DNA of 64,000 bases, from NCBI GenBank assembly GCA_963755915.1, contig CAVWLP010000002.1:4384001-4448000 (forward strand), written 5' to 3'. Position 1 is the stretch's first letter; every line of letters starts with the position of its first letter. The DNA comes from an uncultured Phycisphaerales bacterium. Its GTDB lineage: Bacteria > Planctomycetota > Phycisphaerae > Tepidisphaerales > Tepidisphaeraceae. The notes below the pieces were generated by a model. The model did no database searches. It was not told the DNA's origin and saw nothing but the letters and a program-made list of their open reading frames with translations. This document shows positions 29,160 to 39,830 of this stretch, piece after piece. The position numbers were made by a program, and so were the translations under genes.

Positions 29160-29837
29160 ATGGTCCTGGTGATCGATGGGAATTTCGACAATCGAGAGAT
29201 ATTGCAGGCTTTGCTCCAGCGGCATCACTATAACGTCAAGATCTCCGAAGACGGTGAATCCGCAGCCGATATCGCGATCGCCTCTCCACCCGACGTGGCG
29301 ATCGTCGATATGCACGTCTCCCCCTCCGGCGGGTTGGCGGTCTGCCGGTATTTTCGTGCCCAGCCCAAAACCGCCCAGCTTCCCATCCTTCTCCTGACTG
29401 CCCCCGAGGACAAGGACCAGGGAATTACCGCACTGGAACTTGGAGCGGATGATTTTGTGCTCAAGCCTTTCCATCCCCGCGAGCTGGTCGCCCGGGTCGA
29501 TTGCCTGGTGAGACGCAACCGCCGGGGAAAGGTTGGCGGACGCCTGGAGATCGGCCGACTGGCCATCGACCCCGATCAGCATGAAGTTACCTACGGCGGA
29601 TCGAGAGTGCGGCTTACCGCCGCGGAGTTCCGGATCATGAAATTCCTGGCCGAGAAACCCGGTTCCGTCCATTCCCGCCAGGCGATCTATGCCTCAACCG
29701 GAGGCGACGCCGGCGGAATGCAGGACCGGGCAATCGATGCCCACATCAAGAATATCCGCAGGAAGCTCGGCGACGGCGAGAACGCCATCGAGACCGTGAG
29801 GGGATGCGGGTATCGCTTGCGCCGCGACGACCCGTAA
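29160..29837 (+). CDS. OmpR/PhoB-family response regulator (no cognate kinase in window)
   Basis: VLVID, PDVAIVD, LLLTA, GADDFVLKPF, LTAAEF, DRAIDAHIKNIRRKL, IETVRGCGY. Confidence 0.9.
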   Translation: MVLVIDGNFDNREILQALLQRHHYNVKISEDGESAADIAIASPPDVAIVDMHVSPSGGLAVCRYFRAQPKTAQLPILLLTAPEDKDQGITALELGADDFVLKPFHPRELVARVDCLVRRNRRGKVGGRLEIGRLAIDPDQHEVTYGGSRVRLTAAEFRIMKFLAEKPGSVHSRQAIYASTGGDAGGMQDRAIDAHIKNIRRKLGDGENAIETVRGCGYRLRRDDP

Positions 29838-29991
29838 ATCCGCGCGGCATCCGGGGGAAATTTCCGCACGCCTTGCTGCTGGTCTCCCCCACATCATTTT
29901 TTTTGCGCCTTTCCATATGCAACTGTGTTGCATTTAATCTTTGAGGCGGATATTCTGCTGAAAATCTCCGCCGCGCGGAGATCGTTCCTGC

Positions 29992-30297
29992 ATGCACCTC
30001 CGCCTGCTCAATCTTCTGCTCCTCGCGTCCTTTGGGTATTGGGCGACCGGAGTGGGGCAATTTCTGCATGAGAAGATTGAGCATCATCATGATGGCGGGG
30101 AAGCGGATGATCATGATGGGTGTTTGACGTGCCAGACCCTCAAGGCGATGAAGGCGCATCCGCCCGATTCGCCCAGAGTGCCCGAGCCTTCCCTGCCGGC
30201 GATTGAGTGCGCCCCCCTGCCGCTCCCGGCTGCGCCGCAGACGGTGAGAGTTCTCATTCATCTGGCCCGCGCGCCTCCAGTTCCTTCGGCTCTTTAA
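29992..30297 (+). CDS. DUF2946/CruR-like leader protein (His-rich, CxxC, C-terminal RAPP)
   Basis: Hydrophobic N-terminus, HEKIEHHH..DDHDGCLTC, ARAPP; upstream of a TonB-dependent receptor. Confidence 0.75.
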   Translation: MHLRLLNLLLLASFGYWATGVGQFLHEKIEHHHDGGEADDHDGCLTCQTLKAMKAHPPDSPRVPEPSLPAIECAPLPLPAAPQTVRVLIHLARAPPVPSAL

Positions 30298-30414
30298 TCG
30301 TGGATTGAGCTTGTACCAAACGGGGTGTGGTCTGGTGTGCGCCTAATCCGCGCGAAGAGCCGGGGCTGAACTTTTTCACGGGACAACAAATAGATTCTTG
30401 GGAGGCAGAACCTC

Positions 30415-32635
30415 ATGCGAATTTTATTCGTCTGGGCCGCGGCGGCGTTAACAACCTGCGCCGCATTGGGCTGGGCCGACGCCACGACGCAGCCCAGCAG
30501 TGCCACGGCAACCACAACTCCAAGCTCGGTTGAGGCCCCACCGATTCCGGGACCGCCGCCAACGCAATCGGTGGCCGCAACTCAGCCGGCAAGCACGCAG
30601 CCGGCGCAAGTTACAGCGCGGTTGAAGAAGGTGGTCGTGACCAGCGATCTCGATTTGCTGCGCGATCAAATTGCCCCGGGCCTCGGCGCAACTGAATACA
30701 CCCAGGGGCCAAACCAGATCGCCAACATCCCCGGCGGCCAGAACGCGACCTTCCAGCAGGTCATCCTTCGCGATCCCGGCGTAGTGGCGGACTCCTTCGG
30801 GCAGTTTCACGTCCGCGGCGAGCACGCCAATGTTACCTATGACGTCGATGGCGTGCTCCTTCCGCAGCCGATCAATACGTTCGGACAGGAACTGGATACG
30901 CATTTAATTCAATCGGTGACTTTGGTGGACGGCAGCCTGCCGGCCCAATATGGATTTCATACGGCGGGAATCATTGATGTCACCACCAAAACGGGAACGG
31001 CTTTGCAAGGCGGCGAAGTTTCACTTTACGGCGGCAGTTACGACTGGTTTGAGCCCTCGGTGGAACTGGGGTGGTCAGACGGCAAGTGGGATATTTTTGC
31101 CACGGGATCGTACAAGCACAACAGCATCGGGATTGAAAATCCGACGGGAAGCGTGCGGCCGATTCATGATGACACCAGCCAGCAGCGCGGGTTTATCTAC
31201 GCCGCATATCATATCGACGATACGAGCCGGCTCACTTTTATCGTTAACGGCGCCAACCAGGATTTTCAGATTCCCAATGTTCCCGGTGCGCCATCCTTGT
31301 TTCAGCTCGGCCCGATCACGAACTTCGATTCCGCCGATCTGAACGAAACTCAGAACGAGCAGGAATACTACGGCGTCGTCTCTTATCAGAAGAGTCTGGA
31401 AGACTTTTCGATCCTGGCGTCGGCATTTTACCGGTATGGGCAAATTCATTTCGTACCGGATTTCACGGGAGATCTGATTCTCCAGGGCGTCGCCGGTGAG
31501 GTGTTCAACTCTTATTCCACCGAAGGATTCCAGATCGACAGCTCCTTTAACCTCAACGACCAGAACACCCTGCGCCGGCCTGATCGGGGACTATACCGTC
31601 GAGCGGAATAACACCAATACGAATGTTTTTCCCGTCGATCCCGTGACGGGAGCCCAGACTTCCACGATACCGGAAGACATCACTGACGACACGCGCAACG
31701 ACGGACTGGAGATCGGCGGATATCTGCAGGATGAATGGAAATTGACAAAAACGGTCACCGTGAATTTCGGCGCCCGCCTGGACGAATTCGATGCAAATTT
31801 TGACAACGAGGGGCAGCTTAGCCCGCGCGTGAACCTGGTGTGGAAAGTGACGCCGGAAACGACGGCCCATATCGGCTACGCGAGGTATTTCGTTACCCCG
31901 CCGATCCAATATGTGCCGCCCAGCACATTGGCGAAATTCACCAACACCACCAACGCCCCGGCCAACATCCTGGACAACGCGCCCGTGGCCGAGCGGTCGA
32001 ACTATTACGATGCCGGCCTCTCGCAGCAGATCACCAAGTCGTGGACGGTGAATCTCGACGGCTATTATAAGCAGGCCCACAATCTGATCGATCTTGGCCA
32101 GTTCGGCGATGCCGTGATTTTCACTCCATTCAACTATAAATACGGGCTGGTGTATGGCACCGATGTCAGCACCACCTACAAACAGGACGGCTTCTCTGCC
32201 TTCGGGAATTTCGGATGGGTGGAGACGAACGGCAAAGACATCGTTTCGCAGCAGTTCACCATCGATCCCGCCGAGCTGAGTTACATCGCGTCGAATTTCA
32301 TCAAGCTCGACCACGAGGCGCAATACAGTGCATCGTTGGGCGTCTCCTACGAATGGAGAGACAACGACGTTTATCTCGATTGGGTTTACAGCTCCGGCCT
32401 GCGGTCGGGATTTGCGAATCTGCTGGAAGAGCCCTCTTCTTACCCCGTCAACATCGGTTATGCCCACACCTTCCAGGTGGATGATGACCGGTGTGATTTG
32501 GTGAAGCTTCGCTTCGACATCGTGAACTTGTTCGACGAGGTTTATCAGATTCGAAGCGGGACCGGCGTGGGCGTGGCGGCGCCGCAATATGGGCAGAGGC
32601 GCACCTTTCTCGTGGGGCTCTCCTATGTCTTTTGA
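30415..32635 (+). CDS. TonB-dependent receptor (frameshift ~31575)
   Basis: Signal peptide, VVVT TonB-box-like segment, plug HVRGEH..YDVDGV, YLQDEW, SPRVNL, IVNLFD, C-terminal YVF. Confidence 0.9.
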
Positions 32636-33305
32636 GAGACGGCCAAATTTTGAGGAAGCGGGGCTGCTGCCGATAGCGACGCTGGTAGTGTGGTGCGGAT
32701 GTTTGGTGGTTGGGGTGGTGGGGATCGTGCTGAGCGGTCATCGATCGAAGGGGCCGCTACCGCCCCTGATTGTAGAAACGGAATTGCTGAGCGTGGAGGA
32801 AGCGGGGCCACGGGCGACGGAAGCGCCGCCAGCCCAAGCGCAGCAGTCGCAATCGGCGGCGACACCGCCTCCGGATGTTCCACCTGTTGCCGCGCCGGCG
32901 TTCACACAACCGCTTGAGCAGCCGAAATTGAAATCAACGCCAAAGCCAGTCATTGCGGCGAGCAAGCCGTCGATGGTTGCGGCAGCAACGAAACCGGCTG
33001 CAGCGCTGGCGGCGAATCGCGGAGTGCCCGGGGTCACTCATCTGATCTATGGCGAAGGGGAAGGGGATCAGCCGGCGCCGGAGGAACCGGAGGAAGCCGT
33101 CCTCGACGGAGAGGAGGGGACGGTCGTCGTGCGCATGACGGTTGATGAAGACGGCAGGGTGATCGAGGCGCACGCGGTTTCCCCTTGCCGGTGGCCGCTG
33201 CTGAACAGCGCGGCCGTTCACGCGATTCGCTCCACCTGGCGTTTTCGCAGGGGTCCGGTGCGAATTTATGAGGTCGCTATCGAGTTTGTCATTAATCGGC
33301 AATAA
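32625..33305 (+). CDS. tonB: Energy transducer TonB
   Basis: N-terminal TM, Pro/Ala-rich linker, [16 protein letters not shown]...[13 protein letters not shown]. Confidence 0.85.
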   Translation: MSFERRPNFEEAGLLPIATLVVWCGCLVVGVVGIVLSGHRSKGPLPPLIVETELLSVEEAGPRATEAPPAQAQQSQSAATPPPDVPPVAAPAFTQPLEQPKLKSTPKPVIAASKPSMVAAATKPAAALAANRGVPGVTHLIYGEGEGDQPAPEEPEEAVLDGEEGTVVVRMTVDEDGRVIEAHAVSPCRWPLLNSAAVHAIRSTWRFRRGPVRIYEVAIEFVINRQ

Positions 33306-33319
33306 CTGGAGCTGTTTTC

Positions 33320-34003
33320 ATGAACGTCATTCTGGCCAATGTCATCGTGGATTATTTTCAAGAGGGTGGGCCGATCATGTGGCCGATCCTGGTCGCCTTA
33401 ATCGCTGCGCTGACAATAATCATCGAGCGTTCGCTGTGGTGGTGGACACTTTGGAGGCGGACGAATTCTACCGCCGCGAAAGAAAGTTTTGAGGCGATTT
33501 CCGACGGAGAGTTTGATCGGGCTCTAAAGATCACCGATGTGCCGCACGATCCGATGTTGGAGACAATTCATGAAGGGCTGGTGCACGCGCACAGCTCGCT
33601 GCTGGGCGCGATGCAGCTTCGGGCTTCGAAGGAGCTGGAATCCGGAGAGCGGCGGCAGTGGGTACTTGGGACGCTGATCACCCTCGCCCCCCTCCTGGGG
33701 CTGCTGGGCACGATCACCGGAATCATGCGGTCATTCAATTTCGTTGGGGAAGAGCAGCTTGCCCCCACCAAAGTAAGCGGCGGGATCGCCGAGGCGCTCA
33801 TCGCAACCGCATGCGGGCTGGGAATCGCCATTATGTGCCTCATTCCCTACAACTATTTCAACCGCCAACTATCGCATTTCCGGGCCCGGCTGGAACGGAC
33901 GATCAATCACGTCGAATTGCTCGTCGAATCCGCAAAGCATCACGGACACGATCTGGAAAAGTTTGCGCGCGAGCGCGCGCTGGGAGGCAGCCATGCCCGT
34001 TAA
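33320..34003 (+). CDS. exbB: ExbB/TolQ/MotA proton channel
   Basis: [35 protein letters not shown]. Confidence 0.92.
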   Translation: MNVILANVIVDYFQEGGPIMWPILVALIAALTIIIERSLWWWTLWRRTNSTAAKESFEAISDGEFDRALKITDVPHDPMLETIHEGLVHAHSSLLGAMQLRASKELESGERRQWVLGTLITLAPLLGLLGTITGIMRSFNFVGEEQLAPTKVSGGIAEALIATACGLGIAIMCLIPYNYFNRQLSHFRARLERTINHVELLVESAKHHGHDLEKFARERALGGSHAR

Positions 34004-34418
34004 ATTGGATACGCGACTGCCGGGCGAGAGCGCGGAGGCCAGGATCGAAATCATTCCCCTGATCGACATCATGTTTTTCCTGCTGGCTTCGTTCATGCTG
34101 GTCAGCCTGAGCATGGTCAACCTGAAAAGCGTGAAGGTGAATTTGCCGACGGCGGCTTCGGCAACCACGGAGGAAAAGCGAAATTTTGCAGACATCTCCG
34201 TAGACAAGGCGGGGTCGGCCTATCTGGATAAGAAGCCCGTCGATGACAATCAGCTCATCGCCGCACTTTCCCGATTGCGGCAGGCAAATCCCGATGTGCG
34301 GATCATCATCAGCGGCGATGCCGAGGCCCGGCATGGGGATATCATTCACGTCCTGGACCTGGTGCGGCTTGCCGGGATTGAGAAGGTGGCGTTTGAAATC
34401 CGGGGAGGCAAGCCGTGA
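33993..34418 (+). CDS. exbD: ExbD/TolR
   Basis: [30 protein letters not shown]. Confidence 0.92.
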   Translation: MPVKLDTRLPGESAEARIEIIPLIDIMFFLLASFMLVSLSMVNLKSVKVNLPTAASATTEEKRNFADISVDKAGSAYLDKKPVDDNQLIAALSRLRQANPDVRIIISGDAEARHGDIIHVLDLVRLAGIEKVAFEIRGGKP

Positions 34419-34855
34419 GTCGATTCTTTTCGATTTTCAATTTCGTAGGCATTGTTGCGGTCGCACTTCTCTGCGCGATTCAATGGGAGATCAACAGCCG
34501 TTTGGAGGCGCGGGCGCAGCAGCTCGACCAGACGCGTATCGAGCAATCGGCGAAGATCGACGAGCAGACGCGGGAACTGAAGGATGACGCGGCCGACCTG
34601 GAGGACCTGCGCGGGCGGTTGACGACGTGCGAATCCGATCTCAGCAAAGCGATCGCTCAGCGCGATCAATTGGAATTGGAAAATCAACAGCTCGGGGCGG
34701 CGCTGGACAAATGGATGGCCGCGGTAAAGGCACGCGACGCGGCACTCAGTGAGGTCCTGAAACAGCGGAACGATGCGATCGCCAAATTCAATGATCTGGC
34801 GGGTAAATACAACGGACTGGTGAAACAAACCGAGGATGGGCAGGGATGGAAATAG
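34415..34855 (+). CDS. Membrane-anchored coiled-coil protein
   Basis: GTGA overlap with exbD; N-terminal TM followed by a heptad-rich helix. Confidence 0.7.
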   Translation: MSRFFSIFNFVGIVAVALLCAIQWEINSRLEARAQQLDQTRIEQSAKIDEQTRELKDDAADLEDLRGRLTTCESDLSKAIAQRDQLELENQQLGAALDKWMAAVKARDAALSEVLKQRNDAIAKFNDLAGKYNGLVKQTEDGQGWK

Positions 34856-35064
34856 CGAATCCGCACGAATTTGTTCGCTATTCGCCGATTACCAATTGCA
34901 CATTAAGATTTATTTAAGATTTTGCTGGCTTTGCGGCTGCTAACAATTAAAATCCTGGATCAGTTCGCTGGAACGGTCGGCGCTCGTAAGGGCGTCACAC
35001 CTGAAATTGTCTTTCGGATTGTTTCTTTCACGATCGGGCAAACGCGGGGGGAAAGGAAAGCGCA

Positions 35065-36034
35065 GTGCCGGAGGCGAGGGAGAACGCCGAGCATATGCGG
35101 ATGGTGGGCGAACATCCGGCGATGCGGCGTCTGCGCGAACTCTCGGCGGCGGTCGGCCGCAGGGAATGCACCGTTCTTATCCGCGGGGAAAGCGGCACCG
35201 GCAAGGAACTGCTGGCGCGGCAAATCCATTTGGCTAGCCTCCGGGCCTCGGGACCGTTTGTTCCCGTCGACTGTTCAACGCTTAGGGATTCCCTTTTGGA
35301 ATCGCAACTCTTCGGGCACGTGCGCGGCGCGTTTACCGGGGCGGCGTGCAATACGCTGGGGTTCTTTCGGGCCGCCGATGGGGGGACGATTTTTCTGGAT
35401 GAGATTGGGGAGTTGCCGCCTGAGGCGCAGGCGCGGTTGCTGCGATGCCTCCAGGAGCGCGGTTGTGCCGCTGGGGACCGTCCGGGCGATTCCCGTGAAC
35501 GTGCAGATCATTGCGGCCACGCATCGGCCTCTGGCGGAGATGGTCAGGCAGGGTTCATTCCGCATGGACCTTTATTTTCGAATCAACGTGGTGGCGCTCG
35601 AGATACCGCCGCTACGGAATCGCCGCGAGGACATCGCCCTGCTGGCGGAACAGTTTTTAAGGGATATGGCCCGTGCGTATGACGAGCCACAACATGCCAT
35701 TTCGCAGGAGGCGATGAACCGGCTGGTGGAATATGACTGGCCGGGCAATGTTCGCGAGCTGCGGAACGTGCTGGAGCGGGCGTGCGCGCTGACGCAGAAC
35801 CAGACGCTGGGCGTGGAGGACCTTCCGGCGGAACTGGGGACGCGAGCGGTCGAGCAACCACCAACTGTAGCGAAGGCGATAGCGTCCCTGGCCGACATGG
35901 AACGCCAGATGATCGCATCGGCCCTGCGGGACAGCGGGGGAAACCAGACGCGCGCGGCGGTCGCGCTGAAGGTCGAGCGGCACCGGCTGGGCCGGATGAT
36001 TCGGCGGCTTGGCTTGCAATCTCTGATTCATTGA
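35065..36034 (+). CDS. Sigma54 enhancer-binding protein with no N-terminal regulatory domain (frameshift ~35460)
   Basis: GESGTGKE, ESQLFGHVRGAFTGA, FLDEIG, FRMDLYFRI, WPGNVREL, GNQTRAA HTH. Confidence 0.9.
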
Positions 36035-36079
36035 ATTCTCGATCACAATTTCCGGGGCTCCGCCTGCGCGCCGCGGCTT

Positions 36080-36175
36080 GGAGCAAAACGTTCCAATCGG
36101 TACGAAGCGTTCCTGGCTCGCGCAAGTCGTGATTTGCGTTTGGCTCCCGCCTGAACCGAGGAACAATACGTTCCT
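36080..36175. promoter_or_regulatory. Three GGAAC-N5-GTTCC-like palindromes (candidate enhancer)
   Basis: GGAGC-AAAAC-GTTCC 36080, GGTAC-GAAGC-GTTCC 36099, GGAAC-AATAC-GTTCC 36160. Confidence 0.55.
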
Positions 36176-36274
36176 GAAACCCGCGAATTTCGGTAACTGG
36201 GGTGGTTTTCGAAAAAGCGATGCAACCCGCCGGCTTACCGGTGGTTGAGAACATTCCGCACGCCCCGCGGGATG

Positions 36275-36290
36275 TGGTTCGGCTTTCGCT
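36275..36290 (+). promoter_or_regulatory. Candidate sigma54 -24/-12 promoter
   Basis: TGGTTCGGCTTTCGCT (GG-N10-GC), about 50 bp before the next start codon. Confidence 0.5.
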
Positions 36291-36342
36291 TTAGCCCTCC
36301 AGTGCGATTGAAACATTCAACCCTTTTGCAACGGAGAGAACC

Positions 36343-36528
36343 ATGAGCAAGCGACAAGCATTGTTGGAAACGCTCCTTGGAGCGGCGGAACTCAACGGTA
36401 ATCGATTGATTTCCGATCACATTCGGCACGACCTTTTCAAAATCATCGACGCGCAGGAGACCGACGGCTACGAGCGCCTCGCCCGCGCGGCGGCGCAGCC
36501 GTGCGACCGCCAACGTAAGGCCGCCTAA
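36343..36528 (+). CDS. Small hypothetical protein
   Basis: GGAGAG SD + ATG; first ORF after the candidate promoter. Confidence 0.5.
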   Translation: MSKRQALLETLLGAAELNGNRLISDHIRHDLFKIIDAQETDGYERLARAAAQPCDRQRKAA

Positions 36529-36567
36529 ATCAGCTTTTCAGTTCAGTGTGCCGGGCGACCGGCGCGT

Positions 36568-37614
36568 TTGAAGCACGAAGCGCAGCCGGCGTCTGCCGGC
36601 GAAACGGAACAGGCCGTCCCTGGTCGGCCAGGAGAAAATCATGTCAGAGTCCCAATCATCCCGGCGACACGCTTTCGCACACTCAGGCGCAGCGCAAAAT
36701 CCCCGGCCCCGCGCAGGCATACTCGGACCGCTTTGGCGGCCGGCGCTTTGGCTTTCGGCGCCGCCCGGGCGGCGACGGCGCAGATCGCAATAAACTATCT
36801 TCAGAACACCAACGGCACCGACTTCGGCCCCTTCACCGCCAGCAGCCCAACGCTCCAGCCCTCCCCAAACTTCAGCAATCCAAACGAAATCGGGCCGGAG
36901 AATTTTCTCTTGCCGGGATACGGGACGCTCGCTGTTTCATTGACGGCCAGCAATTTCAATCCAGTCACTTCACAGTACACCGGTACTTTATACGACAGCC
37001 CCTCGGAAGAGACTCGGTCTACAGCGCAGGTGACAAATTCCGGCCCTTCGCAGACGGTGTCAAATTCCGGCACCGGCTATGTTGGAACGGGCGTCCCCAC
37101 GGGTAACACGTTCACCTGGGGGACCAATGCCGACAACGTCGGCATCAACAACCTCAACAGCTTCAACGAACAATACACGCTCAGTTTCGATTTCCTCAAT
37201 GGGGTGCCCAACCTGTCGGATCTCTACCTGGTCGTCGCGGGACTCGCCGGCCCGAACGACAACGGCGGCACCACCGCAACCCTTGCTGCAATAAAAGACT
37301 TACCCTCGCTGGTCGGCGAAGATCACGGCCCCTATGCCAACTCCCCCTCATCCACGACGCTCCTGAGCCAAACAACAGGCGGCTGGACGTATAGCAGCAT
37401 CGGCGATGGCGACGTCTACAACACCGGCTGGTCTCTCACGCAGTTTGCCGGGGCACCCTTCACCAGCCTTGATCTCGATGTCAATCAGGTCGCGGGCGAC
37501 GGAATCGGATTCAGCGTGGGGTACGTTCCGGAGCCGGGCTCCGCCGGCTTATTGTGCGTTGCGGTCTTCGGCCTGCTGAATCGCCGACGCCGTCGACCGA
37601 GTTGTTCTCCATGA
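36568..37614 (+). CDS. PEP-CTERM protein 1 (start uncertain)
   Basis: Signal-like TALAAGALAFGAARAATA; VPEPGSAGLL...RRRRR. Confidence 0.85.
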   Translation: MKHEAQPASAGETEQAVPGRPGENHVRVPIIPATRFRTLRRSAKSPAPRRHTRTALAAGALAFGAARAATAQIAINYLQNTNGTDFGPFTASSPTLQPSPNFSNPNEIGPENFLLPGYGTLAVSLTASNFNPVTSQYTGTLYDSPSEETRSTAQVTNSGPSQTVSNSGTGYVGTGVPTGNTFTWGTNADNVGINNLNSFNEQYTLSFDFLNGVPNLSDLYLVVAGLAGPNDNGGTTATLAAIKDLPSLVGEDHGPYANSPSSTTLLSQTTGGWTYSSIGDGDVYNTGWSLTQFAGAPFTSLDLDVNQVAGDGIGFSVGYVPEPGSAGLLCVAVFGLLNRRRRRPSCSP

Positions 37615-37682
37615 AACACCTGCGGCGGATGCAGCGTTTTTGCTTTTTTCAGGTTCATCGCGCGGCAGGAAGGACCAATCAG

Positions 37683-38216
37683 ATGATGTCGGCAATCGTC
37701 ATGACGATGATCGGCGACGTGCGGCGGCCCTGGCAAGGGGAACGCGACGAGTTCTTTCTTGCACCGCCGGGATTTTGCTGGCGGTTTGTCCCGGAAGGTC
37801 CGTTCGCAGTTCAGTTTCGCTCGATTTTGAGGATGCACCCACGGGCCGTTGTGGTATGGGTCGGCCCAGGCGAAGCCGTCGATCGAGCGGCAAACATGAT
37901 TGCCCGGCTCGTGGAAATCGGGCCCGCGGTCGTGATCGGCATCGCCGAAGAGCACGACCCCTCCAGCGAATCCGTGCTCCGCAGTGCAGGCGCGTTGTAC
38001 ATCTGTTCTCACGAAGCTGAGCAGCGACTCGACCATCTTCTGGGGTCGATCCTCGAGGCGCATCGCGTTCAAATCCGGCTGGATCCAACGGCGAAGTCAA
38101 ATTCGATTCCGGCTAAGGCTTTCGATGGACCTTGGCCCCCATCGATGTCATGCGACGCTCCCCGCGGAAGGTGCAAAGGAGCATCGGCCTGGGAAATGTT
38201 TCGACCGAGCAATTAG
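37683..38216 (+). CDS. Hypothetical protein, degenerate receiver (CheY-like) fold
   Basis: AVVVWV...VVIGIAEEHDPSSESVLRSAGALY resembles the receiver C-terminal half; no obvious phospho-Asp. Confidence 0.4.
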   Translation: MMSAIVMTMIGDVRRPWQGERDEFFLAPPGFCWRFVPEGPFAVQFRSILRMHPRAVVVWVGPGEAVDRAANMIARLVEIGPAVVIGIAEEHDPSSESVLRSAGALYICSHEAEQRLDHLLGSILEAHRVQIRLDPTAKSNSIPAKAFDGPWPPSMSCDAPRGRCKGASAWEMFRPSN

Positions 38217-38239
38217 ACCCCATTTCAAAGGAGAATCAC

Positions 38240-38938
38240 ATGTCACGCAAAACCAGTTTCACTCGTATCGCCGTATTAACGGGTGCATCGGCGCTAACGA
38301 TGGAAGCCAGAAGTGCCCTGGCCCAGATCACTGCCGGGCCCGGATCCGGGCCCGCTACCAATCTTTCCGTGAACGAAACCCCCCTCGGCCAGTTCAACAT
38401 CGGCCCCCTTACCGTGACTTACGATGGCAATGCCGGCCCCATCGATAAACAACTCAACGATATCGAGGACCGCAACGGCGATGGACGCATTGACGGCTCC
38501 GACGTCTCCGAACTGCTCGGCACTGGCTTCCAGCTCAATGAAACGATCGTCGTCGCAGGGCCTGCCATCTCCGACTGGGAAGAAAGTATCCTCACCCCCG
38601 GCCTCTCCTGGGTAACCGCCAGTGCATCCCTGGCGGGAGTCGGAGCGGTCCCGGGTTTGGTCACAACCGTCACGCCCACAAACGTCGCTTTCAACTTTGA
38701 TCCGCTTCCCGCCGGGTCCACTCTCGATATTTACAAGACAATAGATGTCACCAGCACTGCCGGACTCCAGGCCCTGTTCCCAGATTTAGGGCAAAACGTG
38801 CCCAACGGCACCGTGGACTACGGAAGCTTTGAAGTACAGGAATATCCAACCTCCTCGGTTCCCGAGCCTGCCTCGCTAAGCGTTGTGGGCATCGGCAGTA
38901 CCGCTCTGATGATTCGGCGGCGCAGGGCGCGTGTTTGA
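38240..38938 (+). CDS. PEP-CTERM protein 2
   Basis: AAGGAG SD; DRNGDGRIDGSD EF-hand/dockerin-like loop; VPEPASL...RRRR. Confidence 0.88.
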   Translation: MSRKTSFTRIAVLTGASALTMEARSALAQITAGPGSGPATNLSVNETPLGQFNIGPLTVTYDGNAGPIDKQLNDIEDRNGDGRIDGSDVSELLGTGFQLNETIVVAGPAISDWEESILTPGLSWVTASASLAGVGAVPGLVTTVTPTNVAFNFDPLPAGSTLDIYKTIDVTSTAGLQALFPDLGQNVPNGTVDYGSFEVQEYPTSSVPEPASLSVVGIGSTALMIRRRRARV

Positions 38939-38993
38939 GATGACTCGAATGGTTCCCAACAAAAGCCAGCGAACCAAAAAAGGAATTACTACC

Positions 38994-39755
38994 ATGAAAC
39001 GAACAACAAACACCCTGATCGCGATTATTGTATTGTCTCCGGCCGTTGCGAGCGCACAGTACACCGTGACCGTCGATGCCGACAACGACTACGCCCTCTA
39101 TACCGGCAACAGTACCGCCGCCACGACTTTCTACGGCAATGAGTACAATTCTCTGTCCAGCGAACTCCACGTCGCCCAGTCCTACAACGTCACGTTGAGT
39201 GCCGCGAACAATTACATCTATGTTGCCGCGTGGAGCGACATCAGTGACGCGCAGGGGCTTTTGGTCGATCTTTCCTCGTCAATATCGGGCAACCTGTTGC
39301 TGGGCAGCGGATCCGTCGGCGCCGGACAATGGCAGGTGGCCGCGACGGGCATGTCGCTTCCGGCAAGCGCTTCCCCTCCGGACGTTTATTTCGCCGATCC
39401 GGGCCTGGCCAGCGCCATCGCCGCCGCCAACAATTCCACCGACCCCTCCGGGGGGTGGGTCACGCCGAGCGTTTACACGACCTACGACAACGCGCAAGGC
39501 GGCGTGTACACCGCACTCTTCGGCCCCCCCGGCATCGACGTACCGCAAATCGCGCCCACTTCCGAATGGATGTGGTACAACGCCCCCGGCGTCGGCGTCG
39601 GCGATCCTGATGCTCCGTTCGCCCCAGGCCTGAATGAAGATGAGTACCTCATTTTCCGCCTCCCCGCCCCCACCGTGCCCGAGCCGGCATCCACGGGGCT
39701 GATGATGGCCTCGGGAATCGGCATGCTGGCGAGGCGAAGACGAAAAACCAACTGA
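38994..39755 (+). CDS. PEP-CTERM protein 3
   Basis: Signal peptide; TVDADNDYALYTG; VPEPAST...RRRRK. Confidence 0.88.
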   Translation: MKRTTNTLIAIIVLSPAVASAQYTVTVDADNDYALYTGNSTAATTFYGNEYNSLSSELHVAQSYNVTLSAANNYIYVAAWSDISDAQGLLVDLSSSISGNLLLGSGSVGAGQWQVAATGMSLPASASPPDVYFADPGLASAIAAANNSTDPSGGWVTPSVYTTYDNAQGGVYTALFGPPGIDVPQIAPTSEWMWYNAPGVGVGDPDAPFAPGLNEDEYLIFRLPAPTVPEPASTGLMMASGIGMLARRRRKTN

Positions 39756-39830
39756 ATGGCAAAACACCCGCGCAGGTCGATGTGGTTCGACTGCGCTTCC
39801 AGATCAATCTCTAACTGTTAGGAGCTTCCC

